A DNA stretch of 25,738 bases from a virus (Duplodnaviria; Caudoviricetes), in IMG/VR virus record IMGVR_UViG_3300023179_002571, positions 1-25,738 of that record. One strand, 5' to 3'. A program made the position numbers and the translations under genes. This document shows, one piece after another, positions 17,914 through 25,738 of the stretch. Under the pieces are notes generated by a model, which did no database searches, had not been told where the DNA came from, and saw nothing but the letters and a program-made list of their open reading frames with translations. Numbering within the stretch: position 1 is the stretch's first letter; the number at the start of each line of letters is the position of its first letter.

Positions 17914-20092
17914 GGCCACGTCCTAGGCGTTTTACAGCATCAGCCCCTTGGTTAAACAACTTAGTAGCAGTAACACCATATGCGTTGACTACTGTAGATC
18001 CAGTCATACGCCACTTAGTGACATCGGTTATTGATAGTGTAGCAGCAGCATTTAACATACCTCCAACTGTACCCTTTGGATCTGTTAGTTTAAGTCCGCC
18101 ACTGTTAAGCAAACTTCGGTATCCGGTCTGTAAACTTTCAAGTTTAATCTTACTTTGTATGCTCGGGCTTGCAAGTAAAGAATCGACACTTTTCATACCA
18201 TCCTTACCAGTCCAAGAAACTTCGTCAATGATTGCTTGATTAATATTATCAGCGTATTGTTCGATACTAGCCCTACTTAAATACCCACTTTCTACTAAAT
18301 GCCCGGCATTAAGAGCATAGGCTCCTACAGCATTATCAGACAATATAGCACCATAATCACCATCTGACATTTGCTGCCCGGCTAACATTAAAGCCTTTAC
18401 TTCTACAGGATTTAATGGACCAACTGTTTCTTCAACGCTAGGCGCATCTAAATCCAACATATCAGCTTCATCAAGCAAGTCAGCGCCTTGCAAAGACTCG
18501 CCTACTGCTTGCTCAATGCCAGGATCCAAATCATCTTTTATGATTAAGTCACCTTGAGCACCAATGTTTACACCGTCAGCATACTCGAGTTCATAATCAT
18601 TGTCATATGACGCCTCTGTTGTATCCACTGATGTTTCTTCTTCGATGTTGGTACCATCATAACTAGTGTCTTGAATAGCATTACTGCCACTGCTAGCAAC
18701 ACCAGCCTTGCGGTTCCAAGGTTCATGAGTAGGCACAAGACTAGCAACACTTTGAATTTTGTTTTCTTCAACTTCCCATTGGCCACTGCTATTTTTCTTA
18801 GTGTCGGCCGAGCTCTTAAGCGGTAAGTCTCTTGGCTTAGTCACTGATGGCCCTGAACCTGAGTTAAGTCCAATAGTGCTGCCAGTCATCATAAGGCTTT
18901 GTTTAGCAGTAAAACTTCCGCCGCCTGTAGTGTATAGATCTAATCTGCCATCACTGCCTAACTTTAAGGTTCCACCATACAATGTCACTGCATTTTTGCC
19001 ACGAGCAGTAATACTAGCACCCTGTATATTAACAGCATTTTTAACATTTACATTTAAGCTACCGCCAACATTTATATTCATGTTACTGTCAGCGTGGAGA
19101 TTGAATTCGGCTTTTGTTCTAAGATTTATACTATTACTAGCGTAGATATTGATGTGCCCTGCCGCATTCATTTCAATATACGATGTACCCGAACTATTGG
19201 TAATGTATATCATCTTTTCTGTGTCGTCCATCAGGATTTGATGTCCGCCTGCACTGCGCCAGCGAGTTAGATTGTTTTGCCCAGTTTTGTCACCGTCGTC
19301 CATGACAAAAGTATGGCCACCTAGACGAGTTTTAACTTTACGTTCTTGACTAGTGGCGTTTGCAGCCGGATAAGTACCCGCTGGTCTACCCGGGGTACTA
19401 AATCCAAATACTCCGCTTGGTGTTTCGCGCTGACTACTTGTACCGATGATACCTCTCGAGCGTGTTAGGCTTTTACGATCTAGACCCTGTTCTAATAAAA
19501 TCTTTAACTGCGGCTCGTGAATTGGTTTTTTATTTTTCTGTATGTCGGTCCAATTAATGTTATTAGCATATTCATTAAATTCAGCTACAGGATAAGGCTC
19601 GCCAGATGCCACTACACGTTTTAACAAAGGATCATCTGGTTGCTCATATTCTGTGCTTGATCCTATAGCAGGAACCATATGATGCCCTAACTGGTTAGGT
19701 ATACAAGCAAACCAATACCCACGTGCAGGATCGCCACCAACAAAGGTACACAGGACCCAATTATCAAGGTCGGGGACATTGAACCACATACCATAAGTAT
19801 GTCGTACATTTTTAAAACTGTTTTTATCTGAAGAATTGGCGCTAGGTGCTTCTTGTGCCGCAGGCTCTTGTACTGTGCTACCTATGTAAGGACCTGCATA
19901 ACTTATAGTACGCCAGAACTTAGGATCAGTTTCTATGCCGCCAAACTCAGGTATCCATACCTGTATACGCCCCGATAGTAAAGGATCTCTATTTTCCTTA
20001 ACTATCCCAATATATGGGCCTGCATCAAGACGTTCACCCTCTTGTGCTTCAGTCCAATCTGCTACACGATTAGTTCGATTATTAGTTGCCAT
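17909..20092 (-). CDS. gp5: Baseplate central spike, gp5/VgrG-like (OB-fold, beta-helix, C-terminal degenerate lysozyme-like domain)
   Basis: GIVKENRDPLLSGRIQVWIP and GMWFNVPDLDNWVLCTFVGGDP (Gp5 OB-fold), GGHTFVMDD / GGHQILMDD, beta-helix repeats (INIYASNSINLRTKAEFNLHADSNMNINVGG), then VPTHEPW and an acidic linker. Confidence 0.9.
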   Translation of the reverse strand: MATNNRTNRVADWTEAQEGERLDAGPYIGIVKENRDPLLSGRIQVWIPEFGGIETDPKFWRTISYAGPYIGSTVQEPAAQEAPSANSSDKNSFKNVRHTYGMWFNVPDLDNWVLCTFVGGDPARGYWFACIPNQLGHHMVPAIGSSTEYEQPDDPLLKRVVASGEPYPVAEFNEYANNINWTDIQKNKKPIHEPQLKILLEQGLDRKSLTRSRGIIGTSSQRETPSGVFGFSTPGRPAGTYPAANATSQERKVKTRLGGHTFVMDDGDKTGQNNLTRWRSAGGHQILMDDTEKMIYITNSSGTSYIEMNAAGHINIYASNSINLRTKAEFNLHADSNMNINVGGSLNVNVKNAVNIQGASITARGKNAVTLYGGTLKLGSDGRLDLYTTGGGSFTAKQSLMMTGSTIGLNSGSGPSVTKPRDLPLKSSADTKKNSSGQWEVEENKIQSVASLVPTHEPWNRKAGVASSGSNAIQDTSYDGTNIEEETSVDTTEASYDNDYELEYADGVNIGAQGDLIIKDDLDPGIEQAVGESLQGADLLDEADMLDLDAPSVEETVGPLNPVEVKALMLAGQQMSDGDYGAILSDNAVGAYALNAGHLVESGYLSRASIEQYADNINQAIIDEVSWTGKDGMKSVDSLLASPSIQSKIKLESLQTGYRSLLNSGGLKLTDPKGTVGGMLNAAATLSITDVTKWRMTGSTVVNAYGVTATKLFNQGADAVKRLGRGP

Positions 20093-20095
20093 TGT

Positions 20096-22753
20096 TTAAC
20101 CCGAAGGGAACGGGAGATCAGATAAATCTGTAACTTCCCTTGTTTCCCAATTTTGATAAAAAGCATATTGCCCAGCATCGGGATCTCCGCCAGGCTCTTG
20201 GTCTTGACTATTGGTCGCTGTGTTGGTCCTTGACTCACGTTCTTCGTACTCATTCAGAGCAGCTTGATTAAGAGAATCTTCGTACTCGTCCGATGAAACT
20301 TCAAGCCCGCCCGAGTCTGAACTATCACGAGCAGCATCAAGAGCAGTGTCATTAGTGCCTCTACTGTTTTTGTCGTCCTCTTGATTAAACAATCTATTAC
20401 AAGTTAGACGCTGAGTAAATGTCCCGTTTTTAAAATTGTTTTCTATTAAAATTACTTCGTATATCCCAGAAAATGAACTATTAGTCTTTTCAAAATCATA
20501 TAATCCACGATCTAAATTTATATCAACTGGTATCTTAAAATTTAACTTAATAAACAACTGACGTTTATCAGAAGACCTGCTTAGTTCTGCTTCAATTGTG
20601 TCGTTTACACTAGGAGGAAAGAATACATCATCTTGTTTGATAAAATCAGGATCACCAGCAATCTCAAGCGTAAGTGTGACCATATCACCGCCAGTTTTAT
20701 TGAATATTGAAGTCCATAAGTCCACTGCTTGCACTGATTTTCTACTACCATCATTTAACTGATTGCTGGCTTTTGATGTTGAGGTTGTTAATGTTTTTAA
20801 GGGGAATATTTCTGCCTTGCTTGTTTTGCCTTTACTGGTAGCAGCAATAGGACGATTACTGCCAAACCCACCAGCGCTAGTGCTTGGGTCAAAACCATAC
20901 TGATCTTCTTCACGTATATCTAAATTATCTTCAGCAGTTTTTGTTTCAAAACTTGTCAAGGCTTGAAACCATAGAGTATTAAATTCAATTTTTAAATCCC
21001 TTAACTGTTGGTTGTCCTGCATGTACATGTATTTGTAATAACGCTCTATTCTCTCAGGAATACTTTTTCTAGTATTAGGATACTTGTCATTATGATATTC
21101 GTATTTTTTAATATAATAGGTTATTCGTTTGCGATATGTTTTTCTTATACTATCCCATTCGTCCAGGAATTCTATTCTTGGAATAATTTTGTGTATTGAG
21201 ATAGGTTTGTTTTTTTGTACCTTTTCATCTTCGCCTTGAACTTTAGTAGTTTCAATTTTTTGTCTAAAGTACTCACTACTGCGTATAACTTGGTTAATAA
21301 CTTCAATAAGATTTGATCCAGCATTGATGGGGATGACACCTTTATTGATGTCAATGTTTTCATTTTTTGTCTTATCGTTTTGTGCCGGGGCACTGGACAA
21401 ATTGTGCTTATCGGGAACAAAAATTTTACTGTCAGCTATTTCTTTGTCAATCACAAACACATATTCGTCGGCAGTGTCTTGATATCTTTTACCCGGGCGC
21501 CCTTTTACCAATGCACGTTGGAACTCATTCATAGCGTCGGCTAGACTTAGAGTGGAGATACCTTTAGGTCGACTGACCTTTTCGGTTTTATTATTTTCAT
21601 CCCTGGTTGCAGCACCAGAAGTAGCAGCGGTATTTTCATAAGTGGCTAAGTCAATACCAATTTCTGCACCAGTACTAGCAAAAAAATCGCCAACGGTCTT
21701 GGCAGTTACTTCAAAATTTGCCGGCACGGCGACAGCGTTTTTCTGCAATGCTGTGTGACTAACTGGGATAGCTAAACATTTATACTCTGATCCACGTGGC
21801 GTAATCTCTAATCTAAGATCAGATAATTTCACACAAATAAACTTACTAAGTCCTTCTAATGGGGTTTCTGCATAAGTACCATCTTCATTTTGTCCAAAGA
21901 AATCTATCTGTAAGATAAGCGGCATTTCGATCCAGGCCTGAATATCATTTTCCCTAGCTAAATTGACTAGACGCTCAAGAAAACTTGCGCTTAAGGGTTC
22001 GATGATAGTAAATTCAATTTGGATACTATTGGTACCTTTAGTTTCTGTGCCTACACCAATGACTGTAACCATTTTAAAATCAGTGATGTACATGTCTAGT
22101 TCAAAATTTCTATTACGAACTAGATAGCTGTTCCTTCTTCCGCCACTGGCAATTATAACTCGATTGTTTTTTGGCGTGTACGGCATTTTGTTTGTTATAA
22201 ACAAATTATAGTCAGCCATTGTCATATAATGTAAACTAATGCCATATGTATAGGTTAAAAATTGTTCTAGAGGATTTGTCCCAACACCCCCGCTAACATC
22301 CACAGTAGTGACATCTTCGCCACCGTCATCATATGATGATTCATCATCGTTTATGCCACTAACTGCAACTGCCACCGGACTGTCATCGGATCCAATTTGT
22401 TCTCCTCGCTCAAATCGTTCTCTTTCTTCGGCCGTAAGTTCACGTTCATCCTCACCGCCCCCGGCAGTTTGATTAGCAGCGTCCGTTTTAGTTGCATTAT
22501 CAGCAGCAGCTAATTGTGTTCCGGCAAGATTTGTATCAGCCAATGCTTGGGCAGTGTCACTACTTAGTCGGTTGTAAACAGCAGTGTCAATACTGCTCTG
22601 CGCCATTTCAATTTGGCGTGCAGTTTCTTGAATATCTCTTACTTGTGCAGCTACTTCATCTTGATTAGTTGGTGTTTGGAATTCAGCGATTCTAGTTACC
22701 GAATCTGCAAGATCTTCTGTAGATGACGTACGAGTATAAGTAAATCCAACCAT
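20096..22753 (-). CDS. Probable baseplate hub protein (gp27/Mu gp44-like) with acidic N- and C-terminal extensions
   Basis: 885 aa between gp53 and gp5, the usual hub position. LEIAGDP and FSGIYEVILIENNFKNGTFTQRLTCNR resemble the C-terminal hub barrel. Confidence 0.65.
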   Translation of the reverse strand: MVGFTYTRTSSTEDLADSVTRIAEFQTPTNQDEVAAQVRDIQETARQIEMAQSSIDTAVYNRLSSDTAQALADTNLAGTQLAAADNATKTDAANQTAGGGEDERELTAEERERFERGEQIGSDDSPVAVAVSGINDDESSYDDGGEDVTTVDVSGGVGTNPLEQFLTYTYGISLHYMTMADYNLFITNKMPYTPKNNRVIIASGGRRNSYLVRNRNFELDMYITDFKMVTVIGVGTETKGTNSIQIEFTIIEPLSASFLERLVNLARENDIQAWIEMPLILQIDFFGQNEDGTYAETPLEGLSKFICVKLSDLRLEITPRGSEYKCLAIPVSHTALQKNAVAVPANFEVTAKTVGDFFASTGAEIGIDLATYENTAATSGAATRDENNKTEKVSRPKGISTLSLADAMNEFQRALVKGRPGKRYQDTADEYVFVIDKEIADSKIFVPDKHNLSSAPAQNDKTKNENIDINKGVIPINAGSNLIEVINQVIRSSEYFRQKIETTKVQGEDEKVQKNKPISIHKIIPRIEFLDEWDSIRKTYRKRITYYIKKYEYHNDKYPNTRKSIPERIERYYKYMYMQDNQQLRDLKIEFNTLWFQALTSFETKTAEDNLDIREEDQYGFDPSTSAGGFGSNRPIAATSKGKTSKAEIFPLKTLTTSTSKASNQLNDGSRKSVQAVDLWTSIFNKTGGDMVTLTLEIAGDPDFIKQDDVFFPPSVNDTIEAELSRSSDKRQLFIKLNFKIPVDINLDRGLYDFEKTNSSFSGIYEVILIENNFKNGTFTQRLTCNRLFNQEDDKNSRGTNDTALDAARDSSDSGGLEVSSDEYEDSLNQAALNEYEERESRTNTATNSQDQEPGGDPDAGQYAFYQNWETREVTDLSDLPFPSG

Positions 22754-23056
22754 TTAGACCCCTAGTGAAGAGACCAAACTAGCTTCATCGGGGATATAAA
22801 TTTTAGTCCCAACTTTAAAATCAAAGATAGGATCTTGTATTACGTTAGGGTTTCTAGCAGCAAATACCCACCATAGGCTAGACTTACCATACAAGTCACT
22901 GGCGAGCAAGTCGGGCCTATATTCGTAGAACTTAGTAATTTTGAATAATCGATCTTGACTGTTTTTTGGTACAGCTCGATTATTCATTACATCTAAAAAA
23001 TTACCAAACCTTTCGGTAGTATAGTATGGGCTGTATTTGCTGTATTCTGCGGGCAT
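22754..23056 (-). CDS. gp53: Baseplate wedge protein gp53-like (LysM-like)
   Basis: YEYRPDLLASDLYGKSSLWWVFAARNPNVIQDPIFDFKVGTKIYIP. TAATG overlap with the upstream gene; its stop abuts the downstream ATG. Confidence 0.88.
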   Translation of the reverse strand: MPAEYSKYSPYYTTERFGNFLDVMNNRAVPKNSQDRLFKITKFYEYRPDLLASDLYGKSSLWWVFAARNPNVIQDPIFDFKVGTKIYIPDEASLVSSLGV

Positions 23057-23964
23057 TATATAAATCTTTTACTTGTTAGTTTGCCTTGTGCAAAGTCATT
23101 CAAATTAAATTCAGTTAGTGAGCGTTTACTGTAAACTGGTTGCAGTGCAACAATAAATTGACTTACTGTAGGTACTTTAGTTGTGCTAGTAGTTTTCGAT
23201 CTTGTTAAAATACCAGAGTTACCGGAACTACCTTGTTCATGGCTACCAAACTCGCCGGCCCCGGTAGAAGTATCAAACCCAACTTTTCTATAATCATCAC
23301 TAGCCCCAACACTGAAAACACTAGCGTCTATATAGTCAACCTCTTGTGGCATGGTGTGAGTAAACGTAGTAATAACGCAAGGGACATTGGGAAAATAATG
23401 TTCGCCGTATCCATTTAGAAACACAATAGGGGGCGGGTTTCCGGCAAGCTCGCCTTGCCCAAAAAACATCTTAGTCGCTGCCCTAAAGAAATAAATACAG
23501 GCTAACACATATCTTGCTTCATTTTCGTTCTGAGCAGTAAAATCTGCGCTAATCTGGATTTGTTGAATTTCAGAATTATCATAGCTGAGATGTGTGTAAT
23601 TACTGTGAGTAAACCTTTGACTCGTGTACATTGCTTGATATGTTGTAGTAATTTGTGGTGTGTACGGGAATACAACACCGCCAGTCTCAGCCAAAGGGTT
23701 CAATAATCCACCAGATGCATCGTTGTATAGAATAGGACTATTTGGAGCAATGCTTATTCGCACTTTCCAACTATTTTCATTAGCCGAGCTTCCGCCCCAA
23801 AAACGTACACTAGGGCCCAAGCTGGTTCGTGCAGATCCAAGTCCCGAAGACATCAATCTAGATATTGCAGGATTTGCAATAGGGCCTAGAGCACGTGATA
23901 CCATGTTAGCGCCAGCTACAAATGGTGCTGCTACTGTGCTTATTACGTCTTGTAAATCAGGCAT
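23056..23964 (-). CDS. Tail tube initiator/baseplate-tube junction protein (gp48/gp54-like tube fold)
   Basis: GVVFPYTPQI...IQISADFTAQNENEARY...GNPPPIVFLNGYGEHYFPNVPCVITTF pattern; first gene of the baseplate operon; SD AAAGGA at 23971-23976. Confidence 0.7.
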   Translation of the reverse strand: MPDLQDVISTVAAPFVAGANMVSRALGPIANPAISRLMSSGLGSARTSLGPSVRFWGGSSANENSWKVRISIAPNSPILYNDASGGLLNPLAETGGVVFPYTPQITTTYQAMYTSQRFTHSNYTHLSYDNSEIQQIQISADFTAQNENEARYVLACIYFFRAATKMFFGQGELAGNPPPIVFLNGYGEHYFPNVPCVITTFTHTMPQEVDYIDASVFSVGASDDYRKVGFDTSTGAGEFGSHEQGSSGNSGILTRSKTTSTTKVPTVSQFIVALQPVYSKRSLTEFNLNDFAQGKLTSKRFI

Positions 23965-23982
23965 GTTGGTTCCTTTATCTAT

Positions 23983-23990
23983 TATTTATT
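23983..23990 (-). promoter_or_regulatory. Putative late promoter (AATAAATA) for the baseplate operon
   Basis: 7/8 match to TATAAATA, 18 nt upstream of the ATG at 23964 and followed by SD AAAGGA. Confidence 0.7.
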
Positions 23991-24004
23991 GCCTTAAAAA
24001 ACGG

Positions 24005-24033
24005 TTGCAAATGCTATAAAATCGTGTTAAACT
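24005..24033 (+). promoter_or_regulatory. Putative sigma70-type promoter for gp55 (TTGCAA-17 nt-TAAACT, extended -10 TG)
   Basis: -35 TTGCAA at 24005-24010, 17-nt spacer, TG at 24025-24026, -10 TAAACT at 24028-24033. Confidence 0.65.
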
Positions 24034-24046
24034 CCGCGTTACGCGG
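24034..24046. repeat. Perfect dyad CCGCGT-T-ACGCGG (candidate operator or hairpin)
   Basis: 6-bp inverted repeat with a 1-nt centre, GC-rich within AT-rich intergenic DNA, directly after the -10 element. Confidence 0.6.
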
Positions 24047-24060
24047 CTGGGAGAATAAAA

Positions 24061-24924
24061 ATTAAACACAACTACCTTAATAACAAAGACATTTTAAAGG
24101 AAATACATCGCAGCAAAAACACATATTGCAGTTACACAACCCCCGATGTTGCTGATTATGACATTATTGTCCATGGCGTAAATGCTATTACTGCCGATGT
24201 TATAGAACAGGCAAGACAAAATCGCGCGGATCGTTTAACAAAGCTGGCGTGGGAAGAAAGCCAACAGCGAGGAGAGAAACGTAAGCTAGACGAATTTAAT
24301 GTACCGGTAGAAAAAATTAAAAGGGCCGACATAGTTATACGTGTTATGATGTGGGATCATATCCCATTGATGACTGTTACAAAAAAGCCTAGTATTTTAG
24401 ACATTGAAGACGATGAGCCCACTGTGACCGAATATGACGATGATACTGTTCCGGTACCAGTAAAATATGTTAAATGTAACTTCCCACCATTTCAACACTA
24501 TAAAATTGGTTTGAGAAGTAAACCTTACTGTGTAGGTAAAAGCCACTGGCAAGGTGATTTAGAAACAGGGTCATATAGTAGAGACCATGGTACAATGACA
24601 CGCACTTTAGCCCATATGTTCATAAAACTTTGTGAGCGTTACGCTACTCGTAGCAATTGGCGTGGTTATACTTACAATGATGAAATGCGTAGTCAAGCTC
24701 TACTACAACTAAGCCAAATTGGTCTACAGTTTGATGAAAGCAAGAGTCAAAACCCTTTTGCCTACTACACTGCTGCTATCACTAATAGTTTCACTCGGGT
24801 ACTTAATATAGAAAAGCGTAACCAAAATCTACGCGATGATATTTTAGAAATGAACAACTTTGCTCCTAGTTATACTAGACAAGGAATGTTATCAGGTGGG
24901 CATATGCATGACGATCATGACTAG
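24061..24924 (+). CDS. gp55: Late-transcription sigma factor, T4 gp55-like (287 aa; apparent ATT start; the ORF track start at 24346 truncates it)
   Basis: The frame is open from the TAA at 24028 to 24924. ATT-AAA-CAC-AAC-TAC-CTT-AAT-AAC-AAA gives (M)KHNYLNNKDILKEIHRSK, the gp55 N-terminal NYxNNK motif. The core has NWRGYTYNDEMRSQALLQLSQIGLQFDESKSQNPFAYYT. It precedes gp47 as in T4-like phages. Confidence 0.9.
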   Translation: MKHNYLNNKDILKEIHRSKNTYCSYTTPDVADYDIIVHGVNAITADVIEQARQNRADRLTKLAWEESQQRGEKRKLDEFNVPVEKIKRADIVIRVMMWDHIPLMTVTKKPSILDIEDDEPTVTEYDDDTVPVPVKYVKCNFPPFQHYKIGLRSKPYCVGKSHWQGDLETGSYSRDHGTMTRTLAHMFIKLCERYATRSNWRGYTYNDEMRSQALLQLSQIGLQFDESKSQNPFAYYTAAITNSFTRVLNIEKRNQNLRDDILEMNNFAPSYTRQGMLSGGHMHDDHD

Positions 24925-24950
24925 ATTTTCGTCTACCAATATGTTATACT
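24922..24950 (+). promoter_or_regulatory. Putative extended -10 promoter for gp47 (TGtTATACT)
   Basis: TG at 24942-24943, TATACT at 24945-24950, weak -35 TAGATT at 24922-24927 with a 17-nt spacer; ATG follows 7 nt after the -10. Confidence 0.6.
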
Positions 24951-24957
24951 AGGTGCT

Positions 24958-25738
24958 ATGGCAAATCTATTCAAACGAGCAGCAATATTCACTGACATAC
25001 ACTTTGGTCTAAAGTCAAACAGCCAAATTCATAACGAAGACTGTCTTAATTTCATTAAGTGGGCCACAGAAACCGCAAAGGAACATGGTTGCGAAACGGC
25101 TATGTTCCTCGGTGATTGGCATAATAATAGAGCTAGTATAAACATTGTTACATTAAACTACAGCCTAAGATCCCTAGAACATCTAAATGATAATTTTGAT
25201 CAAGTGCTCTTCATCCCAGGCAACCACGATCTTTACTATCGAGATCGTAGGGATATCCAAAGTGTAGAATGGGCAAGACATCTTCCCCGTGTCCAGATCG
25301 TAAACGATTGGTTTGAGCAAGATGACGTAGTCATTGCTCCTTGGTTAGTCGGCGACGATCATAAGCGTATATTAAAAATGTCCGCAAAATATTGTTTTGG
25401 ACATTTTGAACTACCCGGTTACCTAATGAATGCCATGGTGGCTATGCCCGATCATGGTGAAGTACGCAGAGAGCACTTTACAGGATTTGAACATGTGTTC
25501 ACCGGACATTTCCATAAACGACAAACCCAAAGAAACATCACATACATTGGCAATTGTTTTCCACATAACTATGCCGATGCCGGTGATGATGCTCGTGGAT
25601 TAATGATTTTGGAATGGGGACAGGAGCCCGAATATCATGCTTGGCCCGACCAACCCGTTTATAGAGTATACGACTTGAGTACTGTGTTAGATGATCCCGC
25701 AGCGGTATTAAAACCAAATACACATGCTAGAATTAACT
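24958..25738 (+). CDS. gp47: Recombination endonuclease subunit gp47 (Mre11/SbcD metallophosphoesterase), 3' end outside window
   Basis: MANLFKRAAIFTDIHFG...MFLGDWHNNR...IPGNHDLYY...FGHFE...FTGHFHKRQ...YIGN; all five phosphoesterase motifs are present and the frame is open to the window end. Absent from the ORF track. Confidence 0.95.
   Translation, partial: MANLFKRAAIFTDIHFGLKSNSQIHNEDCLNFIKWATETAKEHGCETAMFLGDWHNNRASINIVTLNYSLRSLEHLNDNFDQVLFIPGNHDLYYRDRRDIQSVEWARHLPRVQIVNDWFEQDDVVIAPWLVGDDHKRILKMSAKYCFGHFELPGYLMNAMVAMPDHGEVRREHFTGFEHVFTGHFHKRQTQRNITYIGNCFPHNYADAGDDARGLMILEWGQEPEYHAWPDQPVYRVYDLSTVLDDPAAVLKPNTHARIN

Noticed and set aside
15043-23418. Short ORFs overlapping gp6, gp5, the hub-like gene and the tube-initiator gene
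   Set aside because: Shadow ORFs fully inside or across well-supported genes.
23660-24019. 119-aa plus-strand ORF
   Set aside because: Antisense to the 302-aa gene and runs through the promoter region; no motif support.
24346-24924. 192-aa ORF as the complete gp55
   Set aside because: It lacks the conserved N-terminal NYLNNK motif found in frame upstream and has no SD before 24346.
25538-25723. 61-aa minus-strand ORF with a His-rich stretch
   Set aside because: Antisense to gp47; the His run mirrors GAT/GGT codons on the coding strand.
1-25738. Stop-codon reassignment as the reason for the apparent 13-kb gap in the ORF track
   Set aside because: The gap is one frame running off the window. 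Long genes are open in code 11, and TAG and TAA end genes at sensible positions.
1-25738. CRISPR arrays, tRNA/rRNA genes, DGR repeats, intrinsic terminators
   Set aside because: Intergenic gaps are under 100 bp and I saw no nucleotide-level repeats, cloverleafs or hairpin-plus-U-tract structures by eye.

Overview
The window is part of a large AT-rich T4-like (myovirus) phage genome using the standard genetic code. A minus-strand late operon encodes the contractile-tail baseplate: a tube-initiator-like protein, gp53, a probable hub, gp5 spike, gp25, an enlarged gp6 wedge, and a giant ORF of at least 4358 aa (13074 to beyond position 1) that the ORF track misses because it has no stop in the window. 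Divergently on the plus strand are the late sigma factor gp55 and the gp47 (Mre11/SbcD) nuclease, which is cut by the right edge. Hand translation of parts of the giant protein shows a structural scaffold interrupted by glycan-directed cassettes: an intact SGNH esterase, an ILEI/GG-type lectin domain with a jelly-roll domain nested in it, Ig-like and LamG-like domains, CBM5/12-like motifs and a four-copy short module. gp6 carries two DUF4214-like helical inserts, and the lysozyme-like domain of gp5 looks catalytically dead. The 96-bp divergent region packs a late promoter, a sigma70-type promoter, a perfect GC-rich dyad and an apparent AUU start codon for gp55. All family assignments come from motif recognition by eye; no database searches were run.
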